The notes under the pieces are model-generated. The model did no database searches. It had not been told where the DNA came from and saw nothing but the letters and a program-made list of their open reading frames with translations. The position numbers were made by a program, and so were the translations under genes. Shown piece after piece: positions 10,230 through 18,454 of a stretch of 64,000 bases of DNA (position 1 is its first letter; each line of letters starts with the position of its first letter). The stretch comes from Candidatus Zixiibacteriota bacterium (GTDB lineage Bacteria > Zixibacteria > MSB-5A5 > GN15 > JAAZOE01): positions 1-64,000 of the forward strand of contig JBDREQ010000076.1 of assembly GCA_043819555.1 (NCBI GenBank). Reading direction: 5' to 3'.

Positions 10230-12086
10230 TTAAGTAATATCTATCGCATCATATTTGCATACTACCTCGCAGGAACCGCATTGCGAGCATTTATCCTGGT
10301 TGATAACATGCAGTTTCTTTTTCTCTCCCGTTATCGCCTGCTCCGGGCAAACCCCGATGCAAGCCAAACATCCGGTACACTTATCATTGATTATATAAGT
10401 AATAAGAGCCCGGCATGATTTTCCCGGACACTTGCTTTCTTCTATGTGACTCAAGTACTCATCGCGGAAATACTGGACCGTACTCATAAACGGATTGGGG
10501 CCGGATTGGCCCAGACCGCATAATGAACCGACCTGGATGACTTTTGATAATTTTTCCATTAGATCCAGATCTTTTTCCAATGCCTCTCCTTTGGTGATTT
10601 TTGTGCATAGGTTAAGCAGTTGGCGGAGTCCTTCCCGGCACGGAACGCATTTGCCGCATGATTCAGATACCAGAAAATCAAGAAAATATCGGGCTATCTC
10701 GACCATACAGATGCGTTCATCCATAACAATCATGCCGCCCGAACCCATCATTGAACCGGCTTTGGTCAAAGTATCAAAATCAACCGGTAAATCCAGTTTT
10801 TCCTCAGGCAAACAACCTCCGGATGGACCGCCCGTTTGCACTGCCTTAAATCCCCGATCCCCCTCAATTCCTCCGCCGATCTTATAAATTATGTCTCGGA
10901 GAGTCATCCCCATCGGCACTTCAATCAATCCCGTATTGCGCACTTTTCCCGCCAATGAAAATGCTTTGGTGCCAGTGCTTTTTTCGGTGCCTATTGAGGC
11001 AAACCATTTTGAGCCTTTTTCGATTATGACCGGGACGGTAGCGAATGTTTCGACATTATTTAGTACGGTCGGCTTATCATAGACACCCTTAACAACCGAA
11101 CGAATATACTTAGCCCGCGGCTCACCTATTTCTCCCGCGACCGATTTCATCAATGCCGACGATTCGCCGCAAACAAAGGCTCCGCCGCCACGAATTATTT
11201 TTATATCATAATTAAACCCGGTACCGAGAATATTCTCGCCCAAAAATCCTTTATCACGCGCGGCTTCGATAGCTCTCTGAAGATTAACAACCGCCAACGG
11301 ATATTCTTCGCGAACATAAATGTAGCCATCATGCGACCCGACCGCGAAAGCGCAGATTATCATGCCTTCCAGAACCGAGTGGGGATCGCCTTCCATAATG
11401 CATCGATCCATAAAAGCGCCGGGATCGCCTTCATCGCCATTGCATATAACAAAACGAGGTTCATCGTCAACCCTGGCACAAGTGTCCCACTTGCGGCCGG
11501 TAGAAAATCCCCCGCCTCCCCGTCCGCGAAGCCCCGACTTGCTGACTTCATCAATTATTTTCCGGGGTTTCATTTTAGTCAGCCCTTTGGCTAAAGCCGC
11601 GTATCCCCCCAAAGCGATATAGTCGGTAATTTCATCGGGATCGATCTGGCCGACATTGCGAAGTGAAATCCGTTTTTGATATTTGTAAAATGGAATTGAT
11701 TTATAATCAGTGTATTTTTTAGTTTCATCATGAGGATCGGTGTAGAGTAACTTTTCTATTATCTCACCCTTAAGAAGAGTTTTCTCGATGATATCCTTAA
11801 CATGAATCTTTTTGACTTTGGCGTAAAAAATGCTTTCCGGTTCAATGACGACCAGCGGACCACAGGCGCAGAAGCCGTGACATCCGGTTTTTTTAACCGC
11901 TTCAACGGTTACGCCTTTTATTTCATTTTTCTTCAGGACTGATTTGACTTCATCAAGTATTTTATCAGAGCCGGAGGCGAGACATCCCGGTCCAAGACAA
12001 ACCATTATCTTTTTCTTCTGAGCCTTAAACTGCCTTTCGCATTTCGCCCGAAATTTATTTAATTTTTCAATCGTATCTATCCGCAT
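10230..12086 (-). CDS. NuoF/HydB-like FMN/NAD(H)-binding subunit, long type (618 aa)
   Basis: N-terminal 2Fe-2S (CLGPGC...CHGFC), GLRGRGGGGF, CNGDEGDPGAFMDR, GAFVCGE, ESCGKCVPCREG, two C-terminal 4Fe-4S motifs; start MRIDT just after the NuoE-like stop. Confidence 0.92.
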   Translation of the reverse strand: MRIDTIEKLNKFRAKCERQFKAQKKKIMVCLGPGCLASGSDKILDEVKSVLKKNEIKGVTVEAVKKTGCHGFCACGPLVVIEPESIFYAKVKKIHVKDIIEKTLLKGEIIEKLLYTDPHDETKKYTDYKSIPFYKYQKRISLRNVGQIDPDEITDYIALGGYAALAKGLTKMKPRKIIDEVSKSGLRGRGGGGFSTGRKWDTCARVDDEPRFVICNGDEGDPGAFMDRCIMEGDPHSVLEGMIICAFAVGSHDGYIYVREEYPLAVVNLQRAIEAARDKGFLGENILGTGFNYDIKIIRGGGAFVCGESSALMKSVAGEIGEPRAKYIRSVVKGVYDKPTVLNNVETFATVPVIIEKGSKWFASIGTEKSTGTKAFSLAGKVRNTGLIEVPMGMTLRDIIYKIGGGIEGDRGFKAVQTGGPSGGCLPEEKLDLPVDFDTLTKAGSMMGSGGMIVMDERICMVEIARYFLDFLVSESCGKCVPCREGLRQLLNLCTKITKGEALEKDLDLMEKLSKVIQVGSLCGLGQSGPNPFMSTVQYFRDEYLSHIEESKCPGKSCRALITYIINDKCTGCLACIGVCPEQAITGEKKKLHVINQDKCSQCGSCEVVCKYDAIDIT

Positions 12087-12087
12087 T

Positions 12088-12543
12088 TCAACCCTTCTTG
12101 GCCAGTCTGACCGCCCTGTCAACCCGGACATGCCCATGATATTTCTCATTGACTATCATAACCGGAGCCATAGCGCAAGCCCCGACGCAGTTGACAACTT
12201 CAATCGTAAATTTCAAATCCGAACTTGTTTCGCCGGCGCGGATGTTAAGATCGGATTCCAATTGCTCCAGTAGCAAATCGGCGCCTTTGATATGGCAGGC
12301 TGTTCCTTTGCAAATTCTGATTATTTTCTCGCCCCGCGGCGTCAGGCTGAAGGCTTTATAAAAAGTAGAAGCACTGAATATTTTACTTAAGGGAACATTG
12401 AGGGCTTTGGAGGCATCAGACAGTACCTCTACCGGCAAATAACGAAATTCCTTTTGTATATCCTGAAGAACAGTTATCAACGACGATGGATCCCGCGGAT
12501 TGCGATCTAAAATTGATTCCAATCTGGCAGTATGCTTAGACAT
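12088..12543 (-). CDS. NuoE/HydC-like 2Fe-2S subunit
   Basis: CKGTACHIKG...VNCVGACAMAP. Confidence 0.92.
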   Translation of the reverse strand: MSKHTARLESILDRNPRDPSSLITVLQDIQKEFRYLPVEVLSDASKALNVPLSKIFSASTFYKAFSLTPRGEKIIRICKGTACHIKGADLLLEQLESDLNIRAGETSSDLKFTIEVVNCVGACAMAPVMIVNEKYHGHVRVDRAVRLAKKG

Positions 12544-12553
12544 CCCTATTTCC

Positions 12554-13105
12554 TTAAACCTTTACGGCCTTCCCCAATTTGCGGCCCTCATCCAGAGCCG
12601 CATAATTAATCTCAATAAGACTCTTCTTCTTCCCCATTTTCTTTAGAAACATATCTTTCAAAGATTTAAAATTCACGATATCGGTCGCTCCGACAAAAGC
12701 CGCCAGCATAACCATATTGGCTACTTTCGGACTCCCGACTTTAATGGCAATTTCATTGACCGGCACCAGAAGTTCGTTGATATCGTCCCGCCCTGACTTA
12801 ACGTCAATAAGTGAACTATTTATCAGGAGTAAACCGCCTTTTTTAAGCAGCGGCGCGAATTTATCAAGAGACGGACGATTAAAAACGCAAGCCGACATGG
12901 GATTGTTTATGATTGGCGATCCAATACGAACGTCGGAAACCACAACTGTGCAATTAGCCGTTCCCCCCCTCATCTCCGGTCCATAAGATGGAATCCAGCA
13001 AACTTTTTTGCCTTCCTCCATAGCCGTATAAGCTAAAAGTTGCCCGGCCGTCATAACCCCCTGCCCGCCAAATCCGGCGAATACAACTTCAATTTGCCCG
13101 GCCAT
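12554..13105 (-). CDS. 2-oxoacid:ferredoxin oxidoreductase gamma subunit
   Basis: AGFGGQG, PSYGPEMRGGTANC, NMVML. Confidence 0.92.
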   Translation of the reverse strand: MAGQIEVVFAGFGGQGVMTAGQLLAYTAMEEGKKVCWIPSYGPEMRGGTANCTVVVSDVRIGSPIINNPMSACVFNRPSLDKFAPLLKKGGLLLINSSLIDVKSGRDDINELLVPVNEIAIKVGSPKVANMVMLAAFVGATDIVNFKSLKDMFLKKMGKKKSLIEINYAALDEGRKLGKAVKV

Positions 13106-13107
13106 AA

Positions 13108-13869
13108 TTATTCTTCTCCCTCTAAATAATCTTTATAAATCCCCAGAGGATAATATGGCTCCATATCAGAAGCAACCCATTTGGTCGCTTCGCATGGAGG
13201 GATACCCCAGTTAGTCGGACAGGTTGACAAAACTTCGACCAACGAAAAACATTTATTTTCTTTTTGAAGACGAAACGCCTTTTTAATAATCTTTTTCGTA
13301 TTGATAACGTGCATGGGTGAATGAACCGAAGTGCGCGCGATAAAAGACGGGGTTTTCAAGGTCGCCAACAATTCCGACATCCGTATCGGATGCCCGGCTG
13401 TATTTACATCACGCCCTGCCGGAGAAGTGGTCGTTCTCTGCCCCGGCATAGTTGTCGGCGCCATCTGTCCGCCGGTCATCCCGTAAATGGCGTTGTTGAC
13501 GAAGATTGTCGTAAATTTTTCTCCTCGATTGGCGGCATGAATAATCTCTGCCATGCCAATCGATGCCAGGTCGCCATCTCCCTGATAAGTAAATACGATC
13601 ATGTCGGGACGAACCCGTTTGAAACCGGTTGCCAATGCAGGCGCCCGGCCATGGGGCGATTCCATAAAATCAATATTGAAATAATTGTATATCAATACCG
13701 AGCAGCCCACTGGCGCAACTCCGACTGATCTGCCCTTAACGCCCAACTCATCCAGAGATTCCGCGACGATGCGGTGAATGACGCCGTGGGTACACCCGGG
13801 GCAATAATGAGTAATATTTTCACTCAGCGATTCGGGCCGCTTGAATATTGTCGTTTCCGAATTTGACAT
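13108..13869 (-). CDS. 2-oxoacid:ferredoxin oxidoreductase beta (TPP-binding) subunit
   Basis: YCPGC, VGC, YQGDGD, NNAIYGMTGGQ, CPTNW. Confidence 0.93.
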   Translation of the reverse strand: MSNSETTIFKRPESLSENITHYCPGCTHGVIHRIVAESLDELGVKGRSVGVAPVGCSVLIYNYFNIDFMESPHGRAPALATGFKRVRPDMIVFTYQGDGDLASIGMAEIIHAANRGEKFTTIFVNNAIYGMTGGQMAPTTMPGQRTTTSPAGRDVNTAGHPIRMSELLATLKTPSFIARTSVHSPMHVINTKKIIKKAFRLQKENKCFSLVEVLSTCPTNWGIPPCEATKWVASDMEPYYPLGIYKDYLEGEE

Positions 13870-13882
13870 GATATCCTCGATA

Positions 13883-14962
13883 TTATTTTTTCTCTCTTAT
13901 CCGCAGCATCTGGCGGACTTTATCTTTGACCTCATTGGGGGTTGGAACAATTCCACCTGTCCGGCCAAAAAACTCAATCGGTTTTTTGCCTTTGATGCAC
14001 CGCTCGACATCTTCCACCATCTGACCTGTGCTCATCTCAACCGTCAAAATTTTCTTAATATTCTTTTTTGTGCCCTCAGTATAAATTTCCTGTTCGGGGT
14101 AGGGGAAAAGAGTAATGGGTCGAAAGAGGCCGACATGAATCCCTTCAATTTCTAATTCGTCAATCGCTGTTTGACAAATACGAGCCATAGTTCCATATGA
14201 AACTATCATTAATTGGGCTTTATCTGACATTTTATAAAGCTCGCAGCGCCGCTCGTTTTTTCTAATCTCCTTATATTTTCTATCCAGCGAAAAACTATTA
14301 GCTTCTAATTTCTCCGGGTCCAGAAACAGCGAGCGAGTAATCCTCGCTTCGCGTCCTTCGGCTCCGGTCAATGCCCAGTCGGCATCATCGGGATTGTTTT
14401 GAGCCCTGTATTTTTCAGGAAATTCAACCGATTCCATCATTTGCCCGATCATTCCGTCGCCGATAATCATTACCGGATTTCGATACTTATCAGCCAAATC
14501 AAAAGCCAGGATTGTCAGGTCAACCGCTTCCTGAACCGAAGAAGGCGCCAGGACTATCAGTCGATAATCGCCATGCCCGCCTCCTTTGACGGCCTGAAAA
14601 TAATCAGACTGGGCGGGTAAAATTCCTCCAAGACCGGGACCGCCCCTCATAATATTGACCATTACCACCGGCAGATGAGCCCCTGCCATATATGATAATG
14701 CCTCCTGCATCAAACTAATCCCGGGGCTTGAGGACGTTGTAAAAACTCGTTTTCCCGATGCGGCCGCTCCGAAAAGCATATTACCAACAGCGACTTCTGA
14801 TTCGGCCTGAAGAAACACACCGCCAACTTCGGGCAAACGCCAGCAAAGATATTCCGCGACTTCGCTTTGAGGAGTTATCGGATAGGCAAAGTAATTTAAT
14901 GCTCCGGCCGCTATGGCAGCCTCTCCAATCGCCTCATTACCTTTCATTAATCTCTTAGCCAT
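13883..14962 (-). CDS. 2-oxoacid:ferredoxin oxidoreductase alpha subunit (VorB-type)
   Basis: KGNEAI, YPITPQSE, QAESE, TSSSPGISL, RGGPGLG. Confidence 0.93.
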   Translation of the reverse strand: MAKRLMKGNEAIGEAAIAAGALNYFAYPITPQSEVAEYLCWRLPEVGGVFLQAESEVAVGNMLFGAAASGKRVFTTSSSPGISLMQEALSYMAGAHLPVVMVNIMRGGPGLGGILPAQSDYFQAVKGGGHGDYRLIVLAPSSVQEAVDLTILAFDLADKYRNPVMIIGDGMIGQMMESVEFPEKYRAQNNPDDADWALTGAEGREARITRSLFLDPEKLEANSFSLDRKYKEIRKNERRCELYKMSDKAQLMIVSYGTMARICQTAIDELEIEGIHVGLFRPITLFPYPEQEIYTEGTKKNIKKILTVEMSTGQMVEDVERCIKGKKPIEFFGRTGGIVPTPNEVKDKVRQMLRIREKK

Positions 14963-14977
14963 TTATATCTATCTCCG

Positions 14978-15211
14978 TTAATAGTCGAAAAGGGCATAAT
15001 GAGTTCCGTGGGTCAAAACATTGATCGCAACATCGGGGCAGGTAATGGCGCAAATGCGGCAACCGATGCATTTGGTCGGTTCAAACAATTGCGCATAAAA
15101 ATACCCCTTGAGATTAATATCTTTTGACATTTTCAATATTTGCATGGGGCAGGCGACAACGCACAATTCGCAGCCTTTGCAGTAATTTTTATCTATTTTT
15201 ATTCCGGGCAT
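14978..15211 (-). CDS. 2-oxoacid:ferredoxin oxidoreductase delta subunit (2x4Fe-4S ferredoxin)
   Basis: CKGCELCVVACP; CIGCRICAITCP. Confidence 0.9.
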   Translation of the reverse strand: MPGIKIDKNYCKGCELCVVACPMQILKMSKDINLKGYFYAQLFEPTKCIGCRICAITCPDVAINVLTHGTHYALFDY

Positions 15212-15228
15212 AAATTGCATTCCCTTCG

Positions 15229-15954
15229 CTACTTATTTTCTTCATGGGAATTGTTTTCTTTACGTTCCCACGGTTTCAATAAAGATCGGGTTAACGGTAA
15301 AATCGGACAATTAAAATCGCTTAAATCCAGTGAGTTAATCAATGTTTTCTTAAGGCTGACAAGTCGAATCGTTAGACCGGTCTTCTTTTTGATTTCCAAA
15401 CTCAGGTCGTATCCCTCTTTGACAATATCGGCATCGGTATCGTCAATCATATGACTATTGGATATCAAACCGGTAAATTTCAACCGGGAAGTTTCCTCAA
15501 TTCGTTCCATAGTCGCAAGCGCAGATGCAAGGCTCGACGTCTGGGGGCGCCGGCTATTTAAGACCATCAGCATTTCGTAAGAATTATCTGCAAATAAATC
15601 GGAGAGCGAGCCCAAAGCCTTAGTTCCCTGCGCGTCTCCCCCCACGTCAAATATCAGAAGTCCCTCGTGATTCTCAATCAACCCTCTGACCTGCGGGAGC
15701 AAAATCGGTAAATCAGCATAAAATTTCCCGCCTTCGGGGGCAATCAGGGAAATACCCAATTCCTTCAATTCTTCTTTGGCTTCGCGGGTCCGGAAATATG
15801 GATTTACCAAATCCAGATCGACAAGGGTTACCTTTTGATGGCCCGAAGCGTATAAATACTTGGCCAGATTTACAGAAACTTCGGTTTTGCCGCTCCCAAA
15901 GCCACCAACGATAATAACTATTTGCTTGGTTATTGAAGGAAATTTTATATCCAA
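15229..15954 (-). CDS. P-loop NTPase (MinD/ParA-like) of unknown function; alternative start at 16002
   Basis: GGFGSGKTE, VDLDLVNPYFR, DVGGD; TTG start after GAAGGT. Confidence 0.75.
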   Translation of the reverse strand: MDIKFPSITKQIVIIVGGFGSGKTEVSVNLAKYLYASGHQKVTLVDLDLVNPYFRTREAKEELKELGISLIAPEGGKFYADLPILLPQVRGLIENHEGLLIFDVGGDAQGTKALGSLSDLFADNSYEMLMVLNSRRPQTSSLASALATMERIEETSRLKFTGLISNSHMIDDTDADIVKEGYDLSLEIKKKTGLTIRLVSLKKTLINSLDLSDFNCPILPLTRSLLKPWERKENNSHEENK

Positions 15955-16071
15955 AACGGCATTACCTTCGTTATTGGGTACTGTCAACATCAACGATGCC
16001 ATATCATCAACTCAGCTGTTGAAAGTAATCCCCGGACGCCTTCAAAAGAACCTCCTGGGTCTCTCTGTACC

Positions 16072-16100
16072 AATATCTAATAATACCGGCCCAAAGTCAA
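16072..16100 (-). promoter_or_regulatory. Probable promoter of the redox operon
   Basis: TTGACT-N17-GATATT, similar to TTGACT-N17-TATATT elsewhere in the window. Confidence 0.45.
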
Positions 16101-16106
16101 GTTCAG

Positions 16107-16124
16107 TTGTGAAAACTATCACTA
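16107..16124. promoter_or_regulatory. Rex-like (or CRP/FNR-like) operator
   Basis: TTGTGAAAACTATCACTA versus Rex consensus TTGTGAAnnnnTTCACAA (2 mismatches). Confidence 0.5.
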
Positions 16125-16259
16125 TATTTCAATTTCTAACCCGCCTCACGATACAGGACTAAAATAGATGACTATATTATTCCGCAACAAGTTGAACGTA
16201 AATCGTAGTATCAATTGCGTTGTATCAGTGAAATAGCATAACTCAAAGAATCAACTAAT

Positions 16260-17138
16260 TTATTCTTTTGCAGGCAGCATATCGGGATCGCCTTCGGCCA
16301 GCCTTTCCAGATACGATAATCCTTTGGGACCAATATACGAATCTTGCATCTTGTACACTGGATCGGCAAGAGCTTTATCGAGCGAAATGAATTTATACCC
16401 CCGGGTTTCTATTTCAAGAAGTAAATCATAAAGAAAACAACTGTTTAATCGATTGGCATGAAGAAGCAAAATATGCTTTACCTGTCGGCCAAGCAAATCC
16501 TGTGACAGTTTTTCGGCTCCCTCCAGTCTCTCCATTATATGATCGATATATTCATTTTCAAATTGGATTATTTTGCTCGAATCGGCGGTTCCACAGATTT
16601 TGTCAAATTGAAGATTATAAACATAGTCATCAGTATCAATTGAAACGTGAGCAATAATATAATCCTGCGCATTCAAATAATCAACTATCCCTTTTTTTAT
16701 ATTTAGGGTACGTCCATAATGAAGATATGGATAACGAAAATAACGATTTCTTTGCTTATACTTTTTGAGAAGACTGTCAATGGCCAGATGCCCCCATTCA
16801 ATATCGTCCATAAATAATTTATACGGCAGTTTATTAAGATCAGAATGCATAAAAGTATGATTTCCGAGAATATGCCCGGCGGCCAGCCAGGCTTCGAGTA
16901 TGCCCCATTGACCGTCGATATTGTCGCCCACGACGAACCCTGCGGCGGGTGCATTAAATTCCGCAAGGGCATTCAAAATATCATCGGTTAACTTCGCCCG
17001 CTCATCTGGATTATTCACCCGCACAACTGGTAAATCATCGAAAGTAATACAGATTTCCTTATCGAGAGCAGGTCCCTGTGCGATAATTCGACCGCACAAA
17101 AGCATCATAAGCGATAGGCTAAGAATTATTCTTTTCAT
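16260..17138 (-). CDS. Exported polysaccharide deacetylase (CE4/NodB)
   Basis: Signal peptide MKRIIL; TFDD, NHTFMH, RYPY, LLH. Confidence 0.88.
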   Translation of the reverse strand: MKRIILSLSLMMLLCGRIIAQGPALDKEICITFDDLPVVRVNNPDERAKLTDDILNALAEFNAPAAGFVVGDNIDGQWGILEAWLAAGHILGNHTFMHSDLNKLPYKLFMDDIEWGHLAIDSLLKKYKQRNRYFRYPYLHYGRTLNIKKGIVDYLNAQDYIIAHVSIDTDDYVYNLQFDKICGTADSSKIIQFENEYIDHIMERLEGAEKLSQDLLGRQVKHILLLHANRLNSCFLYDLLLEIETRGYKFISLDKALADPVYKMQDSYIGPKGLSYLERLAEGDPDMLPAKE

Positions 17139-17266
17139 GTCGAATAAACTAAATGCGTTCAAAGTTTCCGTCAACTTAAAAACACAAAATCGCGTCCGGT
17201 TGACAATGTGACAATAATTCACTAACTTGACCCGTAAACATACATTTGGGGTTAAAAAGGATTTCC

Positions 17267-18088
17267 GTGCGGCGTATGCTTATAACCATTTTCGGGACCA
17301 TTATTGTTATTTATCTCATCATTTTGATTTTTGTCTATATTATTCAGCATAAAATGGTGTATTTCCCGTCTCATACAATTTCTGTAACACCGCGGGATGC
17401 CAATCTCGAATTCGAAGATTTATATTTGACAACCTCTGACGGGGTGAATATAAACGCTTGGTATGTTCCGGCCGTCGCCTCACAAGCTACTATTATAATA
17501 TGCCATGGCAATGGCGGGAATATATCTCATCGGCTGGAAACCATTGAATTATTCAATCAATTGAATTTATCCGTTCTTATCTTTGATTATCGCGGTTATG
17601 GCAGGAGCGAAGGCAAAACGACCGAAGACGGAACGTATAAGGATGCTGAAGCGGCCTGGGATTATTTGATTAAAACCAAAAATGTCCCGCCCGAAAATAT
17701 AATAATCTTTGGACGGTCATTGGGGGGCGCTGTCGCCTGCTGGCTGGCCCGGGAAAAAAGTCCGGCTGTCCTGATCGTTGAATCTTCTTTCACATCAATA
17801 CCAGACATCGCCGCCAAATTATATCCCTACCTCCCCATAAGGCTGATTGCTCGATATAAGTATGATTCCAAAGAATATATCAAGGGTATAAAATCCCCGG
17901 TCTTGTTTATTCATAGCCCCGATGACGATCTGGTTGCTTATGATTTGGGGAAGAAACTATTCGAAGTAGCCAATGAGCCCAGGGAATTCCTTGAAATTTC
18001 AGGCAGCCATAATGAAGGATTCCTGTCGTCGGGGAATCATTATAAAAACGGTATCAAGAATTTTCTAGACAAGCACATGCCCAAATAA
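17267..18088 (+). CDS. Membrane-anchored alpha/beta hydrolase (ABHD13/BEM46-like)
   Basis: HGNGGN, DYRGYG, GRSLG nucleophile elbow, later Asp/His. Confidence 0.9.
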   Translation: MRRMLITIFGTIIVIYLIILIFVYIIQHKMVYFPSHTISVTPRDANLEFEDLYLTTSDGVNINAWYVPAVASQATIIICHGNGGNISHRLETIELFNQLNLSVLIFDYRGYGRSEGKTTEDGTYKDAEAAWDYLIKTKNVPPENIIIFGRSLGGAVACWLAREKSPAVLIVESSFTSIPDIAAKLYPYLPIRLIARYKYDSKEYIKGIKSPVLFIHSPDDDLVAYDLGKKLFEVANEPREFLEISGSHNEGFLSSGNHYKNGIKNFLDKHMPK

Positions 18089-18092
18089 AAAA

Positions 18093-18170
18093 CCAGCGCC
18101 AATCCGGACGGGGTCACAACTTTTCATCATAGATTCGCTTTGTGACCTGAAGGTCTGACCGTGGCGCTGG
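18093..18170. other. Extended nested hairpin (candidate structured RNA or terminator)
   Basis: CCAGCGCCA/TGGCGCTGG outer stem, GGTCACAA/TTGTGACC inner stem; U-tract on the minus strand. Confidence 0.5.
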
Positions 18171-18454
18171 ATTATTTCATCCTAGCCCATCACAAATAAA
18201 TACGGGAATAATTCTCGTCTTATTGCGATTAATTGTCAGTGAGTTTATAAATTATCGCTTTACAAAATAATCATTCATATTTCCAGCATTCCTTCGTATT
18301 GCTTGTAACGTTTGACAAAAAAGAAATTAAGGCAATTAAATATAATCTTAGGCATTTATTTTGCACTATTACAGAGCAAGGAGGCTTAAGTCGAATTGGT
18401 ATATAAAAATAAACTAACCATATAGAAATATTTAAGCAAAAGGAATCAGTTCTC

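Noticed and set aside
9443..12543. [FeFe]-hydrogenase, formate dehydrogenase or complex I call
   Set aside because: No H-cluster motifs, no Mo/W-pterin domain and no membrane Nuo subunits
17206..17224. Second Rex/CRP-like site TGTGACAATAATTCACT
   Set aside because: Half-site spacing is 7 rather than 6
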